Part shown: in pieces, positions 10,601 to 19,384 of the stretch
How the letters are laid out: every line of letters begins with the position of its first letter
Numbering within the stretch: position 1 is the stretch's first letter
Notes under the pieces: model-generated
What the model saw: only the letters and a program-made list of their open reading frames with translations
The model's database searches: none
What the model was told of the DNA's origin: nothing
DNA from: a bacterium
GTDB taxonomy: Bacteria; RBG-13-61-14; DATKZS01
Length of the DNA: 64,000 nt
Assembly (NCBI GenBank): GCA_963674965.2
Contig: CAXXFL010000006.1
Span: 608,001 to 672,000 of the forward strand
Direction: 5' to 3'
Position numbers and translations under genes: made by a program

Positions 10601-13600
10601 TCTCCTCGGGTTGAGCCGGTTATCGACCTCCCATCCGTCGGGCATGCCGTCGTCGTCGGTGTCGGAGTCGTGGGGGTCGGTATTGTTGCCGTACTCGCCC
10701 AGGTTATCCAGCCCGTCAGTGTCCGGGTCCAGGGCCGAGTCGTCGGCGAGCGGGTCCAATCCTTTCAGCACTTCCCAGGCGTCGTCCATAAGGTCGTCGT
10801 CGGTGTCGGGGTCGTGGGGATCGGTGCTCGCTCCGTACTCGTTGCCGTTGACCAGTCCATCTCCGTCGTAGTCGGCCAAGGCGTCGTTGACGAGGGGATC
10901 GGTATCGTAGAGGAACTCCCATCCGTCGGGCATGCCGTCGCCGTCGGAGTCGGGGTCCTGGGGATCGGTACCCTCGACGTACTCGATCAAATTGGCCAGG
11001 CCGTCGGCGTCGTCGTCGGCCCAGCTATCATAGAGGATGGGAATAAGGCCGTTCGCGACCTCCCATCCGTCGGGCATGTAGTCGCCGTCCGTGTCGTATT
11101 CGAAGGGATCGGTGTGGTTGAGGAACTCCTGGAAGTTAGTCAGTCCGTCTCCGTCGGGGTCGTTGGAGCCGTCGGCCACCAGTTCGTTGGTCCCCATGAG
11201 TATTTCCCACGTGTCCGGGACCAAATCGCCGTCGGTGTCGTAGAGCGTTGGATCGGTTGTTTCATAAAGGGCCTCCTCACGATCGCTCAAGCCGTCGCCG
11301 TCGGTGTCGAAGAGGGTTGGATCGGTAAGGTACTGTAACTCCTCGTAGTCGGTCAGGAGGTCGCCGTCGGTGTCGGCCAGGAAGGGGTCGGTCCCGAGAT
11401 AGAACTCCTGGAAGTTGGAAATTCCGTCACCGTCGTAGTCCTGGTACTGGCTTCTCTTGTACACTATGGTGGTCGTCTCGCTCATCTCATTCATGATGGT
11501 ATAGAGGACGTGGGCGTTGCCCTCCGAGTCGAGTTTGACGTCGACGTTGGTCACGGAAATGGCGGACCCCGGCGAGGCGGTGTACAAATTGAAGGGCGCG
11601 TACCATTTTCCCTGGTTATAGGGCAGTATAAACAAGTCCTCGAAGTATCCCTCGACGTGAGACGACAAGGACGTGGCCAGGAAGAAATTATTCCCTCCGA
11701 AGGCGATGGAGTTTATACCGGCGGCGTTGAGGTTGGCGTTCTCGTCTCCGAACGGTCTTTCCGGCAGCGACCACTGTTCGTCCTTGCCATAGGTGAAGTA
11801 AATCTGGGAATAGTAGCTGCTTCCGATGGCGTATTCCTCATAGGCCACGAAGGCCTGGCCGTCGTAAGCCCCCCTCACGGTGGGCCCGCCGCTGGTGGCG
11901 TAGGTCTCGGTGAGTCTAACGGGGCTGGACCATGACGATCCGTCCTTTTTCGCGTAGGCGACCTCGTAGTTGCCGTAAGAGTCGTCCGACCAGACGGCGT
12001 GCAATATTCCGTCCGGTCCGACGTCGATCCTCGGTCCCTCGGAGTGGGAGGTGGGGGCGTTGCTCAGATTGGTCTCGGCGGACCATCCGGAGCCGTCGTT
12101 GAATCTGTAAATCACGTCGCCGACCCCGTAGTCCGCCGCTCTTTTCTCGTAGACGAGGTGCAGGGTCCCGTCGGGTCCGACCACGGAATTTGGGTCCTTG
12201 CAGACGCTTGGGGCGCAGTTGGAGAGGTTAATCTCGGAGTTCCATCCCGAGGAGTCCCTGGTCCTGACGTAGACGTCCTTTTGCGTGCCTATCCAGACCT
12301 CATAGATGACGGAAACGGTTTCTCCCGGCCCCGCCTCGACGCGGGGGTTGGTAAAGTAATCTCCGGAGACGACTGGCACCTCGACGGAGGAAGTCCATGA
12401 GCCTCCCGGCTGTTTTTCCTTGAAATGCACGGTGGGGTTCCACATGTACTCCGGGTAGACGGCGTAAATGGCCCCGTCTCCGGCCACGGCCATCCTTCCC
12501 TGCCCTATGAACCAGGAGCCGGAGAACACGTTTTGATTCGCGCTCCATTCCAGGTCGTCTCCCGCGGAATCTGGGTCCCTTTCCACGAAAAGCTCGAGTC
12601 CGTCCTGTTCCTCCCCCTCGTCGGAGTCTGGTTCATTAGGGTCGATGCCGAGGGCAATTTCCGTCCCGTCATTAACACCGTCCCCGTCCGTGTCCTCAAA
12701 GAGGGGATTGGTAAGCTCGTCTTTAAGCTCGACCCCATCGCTCAGGCCATCGTCGTCGGTGTCGGGATCGAGATAGTCCGACCCGATAAAGAACTCGAGC
12801 CTGTCGTTAAGCTGGTCGGAATCGGAGTCGGGGTACTCGAGTCGCGAGCAGGTGTTTTCCGTGTCCGTCCCGTCCGTGTAAATTTCCCTATACAGCACGA
12901 AGAGGTCGCCGTTGCTTTTGCCGGCCATGGAAAAACGCCGGGGCGACGTACTGGTGACCTGGCCGGTCCCGACTTTAACGGGCTTAAGCCACTGGCCCTT
13001 ATAATTCATGGTCATATGGATGACGTTCTGATCGTTTGCCTGCTCGTTCCAGAAGAGGGCCAGGTTGCCGTAGAGGTCGGACTCGAGCTCGGGATATACG
13101 GAGTTGGACACGGTGTTGGAGACGTTTTCAGGCAGATACCATCCGGTGTTGTCCTTTTTCCTGACTTGAATTTCATTCCCCTGATTCCAGGCGGCGTAAA
13201 CGTTGCCGTTTCGGTCCACCTCGATTGACGGGTCGATTCCCTGTCCCAGGGCCGCGGCGCTCACGAAGGAAATTCCGTACTTAATGTACCTGTACTTAAT
13301 ATCGGTGGCCGTGCCCGCCGTTGTCCATACGACGTGAGGCAGGTCGTTTTTATCGACGGCGATCGATACTTTGTGGGCCGCCTGGGAAACGGGGCCCTCG
13401 AGAATCTGGTCGGCCGTGCAAGTGGCGCAGAACTGTTTATAGCGAACGTAGTAATCTCCCCCGTAGGTCTCGGTCCACACGGCGTGCCTTACGCCCTTGG
13501 AGTCGATGGCCACGTCATAGGCCATGAAGGCCTGAGCGGTGGTTGTAAACAGGGTCTCTCCGTATTGGAAGGTCGTTCCCACGAAGAGGGCCTGCATGAG

Positions 13601-16600
13601 GGAATAGCTTGGCCCACTCGAGTTGGAATCCTGCCAGAAGAGGAAAAGCGTATCGTCTTGCAGGTCCTTGCTCCTTCTCAGTTTGGGGTCGTGAGAGTTG
13701 GCGGTCGAATAGGCCAGGCTGGAGTAGCCGGACCAGGATGACCCTTGCCATCTCCGGTATTTAATGGCGGTGGCGGCCCCGGTGTATTCGAAGGCGAGGG
13801 TGACCGAGTCGGCCCCCGATACTCCTATGGTCGGGTTTTCATCCTCGTAGGAACTTGGATAAGCCCTTGCCGGCGTCGTCCATTTTCTATCGTCGCCGGG
13901 AGTCGAGTTGGGTTCCGTGCCGAGGTAGGCCTCGAGCCCGTCGAGTTCTCCGCCGTTGTCCGTGTCCGAGATGATGGGGCTGGAGCCGGTATGGGCTATA
14001 TCGACGAAGACGCCCGTGTTGTCCTCGCTCTCGTTGGGCAGGGCGTCCCGGTCGTTGTCGTTGTTGGGGTAGAGCGGGTCGGTCATGTTCCAGTACTCGA
14101 CGAGGCTCGTGATGCCGTCTTCATCGGCGTCGGAATAGGAGTCGAAGAAGAAGGGGTCCGTGCCGTACTCGATCTCCCATCCGTCGGGCACTCCGTCGCC
14201 GTCGGTATCGGCGTTATTGGGGTCGGTCAGGTAGAGGAAGACCTCGTCGTAGTCGGAGAGCCCGTCGCCGTCGGAGTCGGAGGCCCCCATCAAGGTGCCG
14301 TAGAAGAACTCCATCCAGTTGTTCATGCCGTCGCCGTCGCCGTCCAGCGCGCCGTCGGAAGGGTCGAGCGGGTCGAGTCCCTCGTCGATCTCCCAGCCGT
14401 CCTCCATACCGTCGCCGTCGGTGTCGGCCATCTGCGGGTCCGTGCCGCTCGAGTACTCGGAGTAGTTGTCAAGGCCGTCGCCGTCGCCGTCGGCCGCCGA
14501 GTCGTCCGCCGCGGGATCAAGGTTGTTATATACCTCGTAGTCGTCCTTCATTCCGTCGCCGTCAGTGTCGTAGGAATAGGGGTCCGTGCCGTATACGGCC
14601 TCCTTCTGGTTGGCTATCCCGTCGCCGTCGGGGTCGCCCGAGGCGTCGTTCGAGGCGGGATTGAAGCCGTAGGCCAGCTCGAAGTAGTCGTTCATGCCGT
14701 CGCCGTCGGTGTCGGCGTAGAAATAGCTCGAGGTGGAGAAGAGGTTCTCATAGGAGTCGGAGAGCCCGTCGCCGTCGCGGTCCGGCAGGATGCACCGGTC
14801 GTAAGGCTGGGAGACGACCTTTTGAGAGAAGGCGTTCAGGTTTGAGCTGATAGTGGCCGACTCGGGCATGGGATAACTCGTGCTGTAATGGGCGCCGTAC
14901 ACGGCCTGTCCGAACTCGGTGGCGACGGGCCATAAGCCCGAGGCCGATCGCCAATAGTTGGCGGTACTGGCTCTCCATCCCGCCAGGAGCGCGTAATATT
15001 TGCCGGGCTTGAGCCTGAAGTTAATGGGACCGCTGCTATAGTAACCGGCAGGGGCCGAGTCTCCGGCGTACTTTAAGCGCTCCCAGACAATAGTGTACGT
15101 TCCGTTAAGGGTCGAGGCCTCCATGACGATGAAATGGATAGAACCCCCGTCCTGCGGGTCGATCTTCTGCTGGAACTCGATAAGGAGACTGGGCTCGGAG
15201 GCCAGGTATTTCTCTCCCCGATAGGTGTTCGTGGCCGAGCCGGAGCTGGTGGTGTCGAATATGGTGGCGACGGTGGCCCCGCCGCAGGTGGTCGTCGGCT
15301 TGTACTCGTTAAGCAGCAGGTTCCGGTGGAGGTACTCTCCGGCTCCCAGCGGGTTATCGGGATCGGCGCCCTTCTCGACGGTGATGGTCGTGGCCACGGC
15401 GTCGCCCTGATAGTACTTGGAGTGATAGAGCACGGGCTCGTTGTCGCCGTTGTTGTTGATCACGTTGGTGACCGTTCCGGCCATGTCGGAGAATTCTCCG
15501 GTCGAGGAATAGGACCAGTTTTCTATTCCCGCGTTATCCACTCCCACCACCGCCCAATGGTCTTCCTCGATCACGTCGAGGTCGTTGTCATTGTATGTGG
15601 AAATTTCTATGCCTGGAGGGTAGACGCCGCTGAAAGACATGCTTGGCTCATGGCTGTAGTGCGCGGACATGTCGCCGCCCATCTCAAGCCATTCCTCGAT
15701 CTTGTCGGACTGGTTTTCGATTTCATCATAGAACATAAGGGGCTGGCTGGACTCGATGACCACCTTGTCGTAATCGAAAAGGTTGACCGACCCGATCCCG
15801 GTCCGGTTGGCTATATCATAGGAGATGCCGAATTCGTCGAGCAGGCTTGTATTGGCGTCGGAGTAGCTCTCGGCGTCCCTCATCAGGAGGACATTTTTGG
15901 GGAAACACCCCTCGGTGCAGGTCCTGATCCTTTGGTAATACCAGTAGGTCGTGCCCGTTCCAATGGCGTATGAGGCGGGCGGCGGGTAGGCGCTCCCGTT
16001 AATAAAGCCGTTGTATCTTACCTGTCCGAAATGGAAATCCACGGGGGCGGCCGCGTTGAGGTAAGCGTAGTAGGTGACTGAGTAAGACGAACTCCAGGAC
16101 ATACCAATAAAATAGGTCCTGCCCGGCAGCAGGATGACGCTGGTTTCACTGGACGAGTACCATCCGGCCCCTCCGGTCCCGGCGGACCTGTCTCTTTTCC
16201 AGATGAGGTTCATGGTCCCGCCGGGGGAATCGCCCTCATATATGACCGCCGCCAGCGTGGTCCCCGACGGCGGGTTCAGGTACATCTGGAACTCGGACAT
16301 GACCGTGGCCGTATCGACCTCGTAGAAGTTCCCTCTCATGCGGTCGGCGGAGGCCCAATTGCTCGAGGTACCGCCGATCGAGTTGAGTACGGAGGCGAAG
16401 TCGTCCAGGTTGGAGGAGCACTTGCGGCCGTTTTGCGCCTCGGCCCCGTCCAGTACTCCTCCCCCGTCCGAGTCGGTCCCGTCGGGATTGCACGATTGCA
16501 GGTACTCGCCAAGGTCGTAGAGGCCGTCCGAGTCGCTGTCGTACCTGTCGGAGTTAATCAGCTCGTCGCCCAGGCCGTTTAACAACTCCCATCCGTCGGG

Positions 16601-17359
16601 CATGCCGTCGGAGTCGGTGTCGGGATCGCAGGGAGAAGTGCCGGCCAAGTATTCGTTCTGACTGGACAACCCGTCCGAGTCGGGGTCCCTCAGTTCATCG
16701 GCCGTGTATGCCATGAGACAGCCGCTCGCCAGCTCGTAGTCGTCGGGCAGTCCGTCCAGGTCGTAGTCGTTCACGTTTATAATGACGTCGTCGCGGTCGT
16801 TATAAGTCCCGCTGAGACAGGATGAAGTGGTGTTGTTATAGGTAAAGGAGGCGCGGATGACCTTGACGCCCGAGTCGGGGCCCAGGTTGAAGTCCACGCT
16901 CAGGACGGCGGCCCCGGCCCCGGTGCAGCCGGCGTATCCCATCCGGGTCCAGGAGGGGGAATCAAGAGAATCGGACATGAAAACGTTAAGGTAGTCGGAC
17001 GAGTTGTAGCACCAGACGTTGGCCCGAAGCCGTAAAGTGTCTCCGGGCATGAAGGTGTCGCCCGAGAGGTCGTAGACGTTGAAGGAGTCGATCGACTCGT
17101 AGGGACCGTGATAGTATCCGCCGTCTCCGTCCGCGCAGGGACTGGTCGAGATGGTATTGGGCTCGTTGGGCTCGACTCCGTCCGTCATCTCCCCCCTTCC
17201 GTTTATAAGCGCCTGGGGGACTTGGCAGGGGGCCTGGCCGGTCTTGCAGCGGGGAGCAAAGTAGCCGTAGTCGAACTCGGCCGTCTCCAGGGCGAAAGCG
17301 CCCATGGAAAAACAAAAAGCGGTTATAAAAGCGAGAACGGGAAGCACAAACCTTTTCAT
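4649..17359 (-). CDS. Giant secreted/surface protein (4,236 aa): TSP3-like DxDxDG Ca-binding repeats, propeller-like, Fn3/Ig-like, C13 peptidase-like, CarboxypepD_reg-like and dockerin-like modules
   Basis: One uninterrupted ORF. ATG 17359 has a GGGGA RBS and signal peptide MKRFVLPVLAFITAFCFSMGAFA. Dozens of D(S/T)DGDGxxDGxE..GTDP repeats; YMVDHGG and IYDACRSGSF motifs. Confidence 0.85.
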   Translation of the reverse strand: MKRFVLPVLAFITAFCFSMGAFALETAEFDYGYFAPRCKTGQAPCQVPQALINGRGEMTDGVEPNEPNTISTSPCADGDGGYYHGPYESIDSFNVYDLSGDTFMPGDTLRLRANVWCYNSSDYLNVFMSDSLDSPSWTRMGYAGCTGAGAAVLSVDFNLGPDSGVKVIRASFTYNNTTSSCLSGTYNDRDDVIINVNDYDLDGLPDDYELASGCLMAYTADELRDPDSDGLSSQNEYLAGTSPCDPDTDSDGMPDGWELLNGLGDELINSDRYDSDSDGLYDLGEYLQSCNPDGTDSDGGGVLDGAEAQNGRKCSSNLDDFASVLNSIGGTSSNWASADRMRGNFYEVDTATVMSEFQMYLNPPSGTTLAAVIYEGDSPGGTMNLIWKRDRSAGTGGAGWYSSSETSVILLPGRTYFIGMSWSSSYSVTYYAYLNAAAPVDFHFGQVRYNGFINGSAYPPPASYAIGTGTTYWYYQRIRTCTEGCFPKNVLLMRDAESYSDANTSLLDEFGISYDIANRTGIGSVNLFDYDKVVIESSQPLMFYDEIENQSDKIEEWLEMGGDMSAHYSHEPSMSFSGVYPPGIEISTYNDNDLDVIEEDHWAVVGVDNAGIENWSYSSTGEFSDMAGTVTNVINNNGDNEPVLYHSKYYQGDAVATTITVEKGADPDNPLGAGEYLHRNLLLNEYKPTTTCGGATVATIFDTTSSGSATNTYRGEKYLASEPSLLIEFQQKIDPQDGGSIHFIVMEASTLNGTYTIVWERLKYAGDSAPAGYYSSGPINFRLKPGKYYALLAGWRASTANYWRSASGLWPVATEFGQAVYGAHYSTSYPMPESATISSNLNAFSQKVVSQPYDRCILPDRDGDGLSDSYENLFSTSSYFYADTDGDGMNDYFELAYGFNPASNDASGDPDGDGIANQKEAVYGTDPYSYDTDGDGMKDDYEVYNNLDPAADDSAADGDGDGLDNYSEYSSGTDPQMADTDGDGMEDGWEIDEGLDPLDPSDGALDGDGDGMNNWMEFFYGTLMGASDSDGDGLSDYDEVFLYLTDPNNADTDGDGVPDGWEIEYGTDPFFFDSYSDADEDGITSLVEYWNMTDPLYPNNDNDRDALPNESEDNTGVFVDIAHTGSSPIISDTDNGGELDGLEAYLGTEPNSTPGDDRKWTTPARAYPSSYEDENPTIGVSGADSVTLAFEYTGAATAIKYRRWQGSSWSGYSSLAYSTANSHDPKLRRSKDLQDDTLFLFWQDSNSSGPSYSLMQALFVGTTFQYGETLFTTTAQAFMAYDVAIDSKGVRHAVWTETYGGDYYVRYKQFCATCTADQILEGPVSQAAHKVSIAVDKNDLPHVVWTTAGTATDIKYRYIKYGISFVSAAALGQGIDPSIEVDRNGNVYAAWNQGNEIQVRKKDNTGWYLPENVSNTVSNSVYPELESDLYGNLALFWNEQANDQNVIHMTMNYKGQWLKPVKVGTGQVTSTSPRRFSMAGKSNGDLFVLYREIYTDGTDTENTCSRLEYPDSDSDQLNDRLEFFIGSDYLDPDTDDDGLSDGVELKDELTNPLFEDTDGDGVNDGTEIALGIDPNEPDSDEGEEQDGLELFVERDPDSAGDDLEWSANQNVFSGSWFIGQGRMAVAGDGAIYAVYPEYMWNPTVHFKEKQPGGSWTSSVEVPVVSGDYFTNPRVEAGPGETVSVIYEVWIGTQKDVYVRTRDSSGWNSEINLSNCAPSVCKDPNSVVGPDGTLHLVYEKRAADYGVGDVIYRFNDGSGWSAETNLSNAPTSHSEGPRIDVGPDGILHAVWSDDSYGNYEVAYAKKDGSSWSSPVRLTETYATSGGPTVRGAYDGQAFVAYEEYAIGSSYYSQIYFTYGKDEQWSLPERPFGDENANLNAAGINSIAFGGNNFFLATSLSSHVEGYFEDLFILPYNQGKWYAPFNLYTASPGSAISVTNVDVKLDSEGNAHVLYTIMNEMSETTTIVYKRSQYQDYDGDGISNFQEFYLGTDPFLADTDGDLLTDYEELQYLTDPTLFDTDGDGLSDREEALYETTDPTLYDTDGDLVPDTWEILMGTNELVADGSNDPDGDGLTNFQEFLNHTDPFEYDTDGDYMPDGWEVANGLIPILYDSWADDDADGLANLIEYVEGTDPQDPDSDGDGMPDGWEFLYDTDPLVNDALADYDGDGLVNGNEYGASTDPHDPDTDDDLMDDAWEVLKGLDPLADDSALDPDTDGLDNLGEYGNNTDPHDSDTDDDGMPDGWEVDNRLNPRRNDAADDPDSDNLNNLAEYNGGVNSTDPNDSDSDDDGLRDDLESIEGTDPNDPDSDGDGMPDGYESENACLLPASGDSTVDFEPDELTNLQEYGLGTDPCDLDSDGDGMPDGWEFTYNLDPLEGDSAEDADLDGIKNIDEYLQGKNPRDCDDVPTSHAWITSAITNQNSVLIGYTCTDAYAEVKLYKSREGESFIYTGLVLSGETGSFNYSFPVDEDGEYRFYSIATLSAQLTETAPATYDDSIFVDRVNPQMLSVVDEGDYTSNDSTLSVVAGATDQGQAGVIYYHFSIGTDVYPNSGWNSVTSWIIDYDGVISYSASYSSGTEYFFSVRAVDHAGNIGQPQPSDGIVVDSTGPSSPVVVDDGTYTGYTDRFHATWSGASDAESGIFRYDYAIGSSAGATDVVGWTDNATLTEVTRFGLELEDGSSYFIGVRAVNGAGLTSVGWSDGILVDSRGPEIAWSSPAHREIVNDDMPPVDLPVSINFMDPGGAGIDWASLEMVLDFSTVQSFSQDGDTVSFDALALDLGNHVVNVQVADLAGNGLNRNVIFVVEDPRRVIINPVYVEWAPGDGDATFVADGGTGAYRWAATGGALDSFTGAEVVFTPGPEAGAYVVAVSDAKLVSAQATIIISGEVEVAPAVVRLSAGSAATFTASGGSGDFSWTVNGGSCVLSADRDETCSYTAFESSGQYSVKAQAGSGESFTSRVIVTDPVGRAIVVVGGGLVDSNRQVEALNSLGHLAYETLLARGFEPDQIMYLNPDATQAYDGDGDGYADDVDGAPTPAALQAAILDWATADLGVDNPGVGPGVPLIIYMVDHGGDDSFLINFTAAGAGQEVTPTQLDSWIDAVQGGDTSNPNGVDVVVIYDACRSGSFLDEVGGGGSDRIVITSSASSESAYFGVSGTISFSQFFWQRVRTGATLKSAFNDAAAALATWATQTPWLDDNGSGTYAATGDGKDGDAADLFVVGADFVTGAVLPELTPRGDALLEGDSLDIYSGILYASSSEISAMFAILTPPGFSPPQSEGNFDTPWLEDEEGNPLPRVYLEYSSATDDWRRRLDSAELAELFTVNGRYTATLYAIDLEGRVTAAAEFSITVFGPDPYEDDDWWSSGSSVEVNSSSAQAHNFHDSGDRDWVKFSVAFGDTGYYSVYTENLADRCDTVIELYGYSVAGSTVVPIAFDDDSGQDGGGSSRIFMYLSEGLYYAEVYQYGDTIGGQDTEYDLRVGHDEGDYGSVEGYVTDSVTGFGVQGANVIVILGGPPRVATTGAGGYYKLSSLLAGSGYPMQVQAANFTTWSGTVNVGVNQTTRKDVVLAAKTGTSGVLMGHVYGHGGAPLVGVGLEVSGKSVVSEAGGLYSIRLAPGAAYVYSSWPGYEPYLEEGLMVVAGDTTVHEVSLEPVDTDGDGLPDWIETSGCTDESEADSDGDGLCDGDTAVYDGATLVCSAGEDLDLDGEVGASETDPCDDDSDGDLLGDGDEALTYGTDPLEVDTDSDGLGDRLEAVVVSCLDPTDDDTDDDGLLDGTSQGEDKDGDGVVDATETSPCLFDTDTDTLGDGAEVTVYGTDPLEVDTDSDGLSDGLEVPWCTSPTDEDSDGDGLLDGTPSGEDKDGDGVVDATETNPCAFDSDSDGIGDGLELGTYGTNPLRQDTDSDGIGDYVEAVSSACLDATEADTDGDGLLDGTIFGEDKDGDGVVDPGETNPCLEDSDEDGLGDDEEPGLGLDPLEWDTDGDALPDGYEVANSSGHALNLDPLDPGDGCASDFDGDGNANCHEYYNGTDIWSENVTGGSACFSWADSGSTVSADGLVSPLDLGALNARASLKDASYTGVLPPNGDSQELDMDEIISALDLAVLRQMVANLSTSGNPSRPVALEVYGDTAVTAEVGSTVRIELGALNQGGKHTSSLGIIFTIDPSSTASATLLGGDGAASSGRYDVTGPIATGGRSAIVLLPTAPGSLLLNAHLPPCGVDGKGRYCEELIKQPLVTVTVE
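5450..6420 (-). repeat. About four tandem ~80-aa (~240 bp) Asp-rich coding repeats within the giant gene
   Basis: Identical 44-bp segments at 5889-5932 and 6129-6172 (period 240); recurring GEDKDGDGVVDATETxPC. Confidence 0.85.
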
Positions 17360-17812
17360 GAAAATCCCCCTTGGAGCCAAAATCCAATTCATCCGTCTTT
17401 TCGCGCCACATTGCCGGACCCGCCGGGTCCTTAGCCGCTCCTGACTATCAGGTCCATTTCTCTGACCGGTAGGTTAAAGCGGTAAATCGACGCGTCTCTT
17501 CACAAGGCATATCTAAAATTCCGATATGGCCGATCGTTCATATCTCGCCATGGAGAAGTCACGTTTTGAAGATAATCAAATCCCATCAGGATAATAGATG
17601 TAAGAATTTCCGAGATTCCCCGCGATATCAGAAAGAAAATTACGATCGTGCCGGGTCCCCGGCTTTCCCAATTGCTTTTAAGATAGAGGATTCGGCGGTT
17701 TTAATCAAGTTAATAAGAGGTTAAAAATAGCGGTTTGTCAAGAATCGTACCCATCGGGAGTGGCATGCCGAACAAGTTTGCAGCCTGGAATCGATCCTTG
17801 AACCGATCATCG

Positions 17813-17841
17813 TTGACTTGCCAATCGTAAAATTGTATATT
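17813..17841 (+). promoter_or_regulatory. Putative sigma70 promoter for the START-domain gene
   Basis: TTGACT-17 nt-TATATT, 28 nt upstream of ATG 17870. Confidence 0.5.
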
Positions 17842-17869
17842 CACGGTGATCAATCAGCGAGGTGACTGA

Positions 17870-19156
17870 ATGAAAAAGACATTTTTTATTTTTGCGGCTT
17901 TATTTATCATGCTTTTCGCGCCATCTTCGGGCCAGGTGAAAGACGAGCCGGTCCCCCCTCCCTCGAACATGGACGAGTTGAAAAAGATGATGGAAATCAC
18001 CTATGACCAGAACGTCCTTCCTCAGGGGGCCTCGGCCGACACCCTCGAGCGTCTTCTCGAGAAGGGGCAGGTCGTACTTATGATCGACGATCCCCCCGGC
18101 GGCATCGCCTGGATGGCGGTGGCGGGCATATTGATAAACGCCCCGGTCGAGACCTCTTTTGGCGTGGCCACGGGCTTCAAGGATTACCCCGACGTGGTCC
18201 CCATGACGGCCAAGGCCGAGGCCGTGCCCATCGACACCATAGAAAACCTCTATCGGGTGGATTTCACCATCGAGCTTCTATTCAGTTGGCTTAAGGTGGA
18301 CTATTCGGTTTACCATTATCATCGTCCTCCTTTTCGCACCGACTGGTGTCACGCGGCGGGAGAGTTCGATATCAACTCCGGGTTCTGGCAGTTCATTCCC
18401 ACCAGCGACGGCAAGAGCACGATGGCCTTTTATTCGGTTTACTCCGAGCCTCGAATGGCAACGGTCAAGGCCATGTATCGCGACGAGCCGGCCCTCGAGC
18501 TCATGACCAACGTGGCCACGGCGACCATGGTGACCAGGGCGGTCAAGGATGAGGCCGAAAAAAGGAATGGAAAGAGCGCGAGCAAAAGGAAGAACTCGGA
18601 CAGCGTGGAAAAGATATTGACCGACGACCCGGCCACGCTGGGCCTGATGGCGGAAAAAGGCAAGATTCTGGTATTGGAAGACGGGCCCACCGTTTACATT
18701 ACGGCCGTTTCCGTGGTGGACCAAAGTCCCGAGAAAGCTTATGAAACCGTGGTAGACTTCGATAAATACACGGAGTTTCTGCCCGGCGTCAAGCAGGCAA
18801 GGGTGACGGGAAAAAGCGATAAGGGAATCACCGCCTACCAGGAGGTAACCATCAGACTATGGAAATTCGATTTCCGTTCAGAAAGCGAGAGGCTCTACGA
18901 GATCGAGCCAAATTCCTCGGTCAGATGGACCATCGAGCGGGAAAATGGGGGCCCCGTTCCCGGCTTCTGGAGCTTCACTCCCCTTGAGGGAGGAAAATGC
19001 CTCATGGTAAACGGGACCACCGAGGACCTCCGGGCCATGGGATTCATTCCCAAGACGGCCCTTAAGATGCAGCCCACTTTGGAGTACGGTCTGCTTGGCG
19101 CCATGGTAACGGCGGGAATCGATGCTTTCAAGGCGCGGATCGAGGGAAATAAATAG
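17870..19156 (+). CDS. Exported tandem SRPBCC/START (polyketide cyclase-like) domain protein
   Basis: Signal peptide; two homologous halves (INAPVETSFGVATGFKDYPDVVP / VDQSPEKAYETVVDFDKYTEFLP; GFWQFIP / GFWSFTP). Confidence 0.75.
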   Translation: MKKTFFIFAALFIMLFAPSSGQVKDEPVPPPSNMDELKKMMEITYDQNVLPQGASADTLERLLEKGQVVLMIDDPPGGIAWMAVAGILINAPVETSFGVATGFKDYPDVVPMTAKAEAVPIDTIENLYRVDFTIELLFSWLKVDYSVYHYHRPPFRTDWCHAAGEFDINSGFWQFIPTSDGKSTMAFYSVYSEPRMATVKAMYRDEPALELMTNVATATMVTRAVKDEAEKRNGKSASKRKNSDSVEKILTDDPATLGLMAEKGKILVLEDGPTVYITAVSVVDQSPEKAYETVVDFDKYTEFLPGVKQARVTGKSDKGITAYQEVTIRLWKFDFRSESERLYEIEPNSSVRWTIERENGGPVPGFWSFTPLEGGKCLMVNGTTEDLRAMGFIPKTALKMQPTLEYGLLGAMVTAGIDAFKARIEGNK

Positions 19157-19172
19157 CGCTCTACCTCATTCC

Positions 19173-19188
19173 CGGCACGATAATAGCT
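19173..19188 (+). promoter_or_regulatory. Distal sigma54 -24/-12-like element upstream of pilA
   Basis: CGGCACGATAATAGCT = GG-N10-GC. Confidence 0.45.
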
Positions 19189-19200
19189 TATATAACTGGA

Positions 19201-19238
19201 CTGACAAAAATTGTCAGCGAAAGTGACGCAGATTGTCA
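19201..19238. promoter_or_regulatory. Paired palindromic enhancer sites (likely for a PilR-type sigma54 activator)
   Basis: TGACA-AAAAT-TGTCA (19202-19216) and TGACG-CAGAT-TGTCA (19224-19238), 22 bp apart, about 130-170 bp upstream of the sigma54 promoter. Confidence 0.6.
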
Positions 19239-19368
19239 TTTCAAGTTTTTTTTACCGCGCAAAAAACAGACGAGCGGAGATTTCGCAAAATTTACATTCA
19301 TTATTTTTACTTGTAATAACTGATATTTAAACTTCATATTACATTTAAAGCCAGAAAATAAAGTGATC

Positions 19369-19384
19369 GGGCACGGCGCTTGCT
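19369..19384 (+). promoter_or_regulatory. sigma54 promoter of pilA
   Basis: GGGCACGGCGCTTGCT matches the TGGCAC-N5-TTGC(A/T) consensus; AT-rich tract upstream. Confidence 0.8.

Noticed and set aside
10250-11450. Recurrent CCGTCGCCGTCG/CATCCGTCGGGCAT motifs as a CRISPR array or DNA repeat element
   Set aside because: They encode DxDGDG protein repeats in frame; spacing is irregular and there are no cas genes.
4733-15973. Many long plus-strand ORFs opposite the giant gene (and similar shadows of uvrB, lexA, GH127 and the phosphodiesterases)
   Set aside because: Antisense or off-frame shadows expected in GC-rich coding DNA; no motifs.
17400-17700. Riboswitch (e.g. c-di-GMP) upstream of the giant gene
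   Set aside because: Only a short hairpin (GGACCC-GCC-GGGTCC); consensus motifs could not be matched by eye. Needs an Rfam scan.
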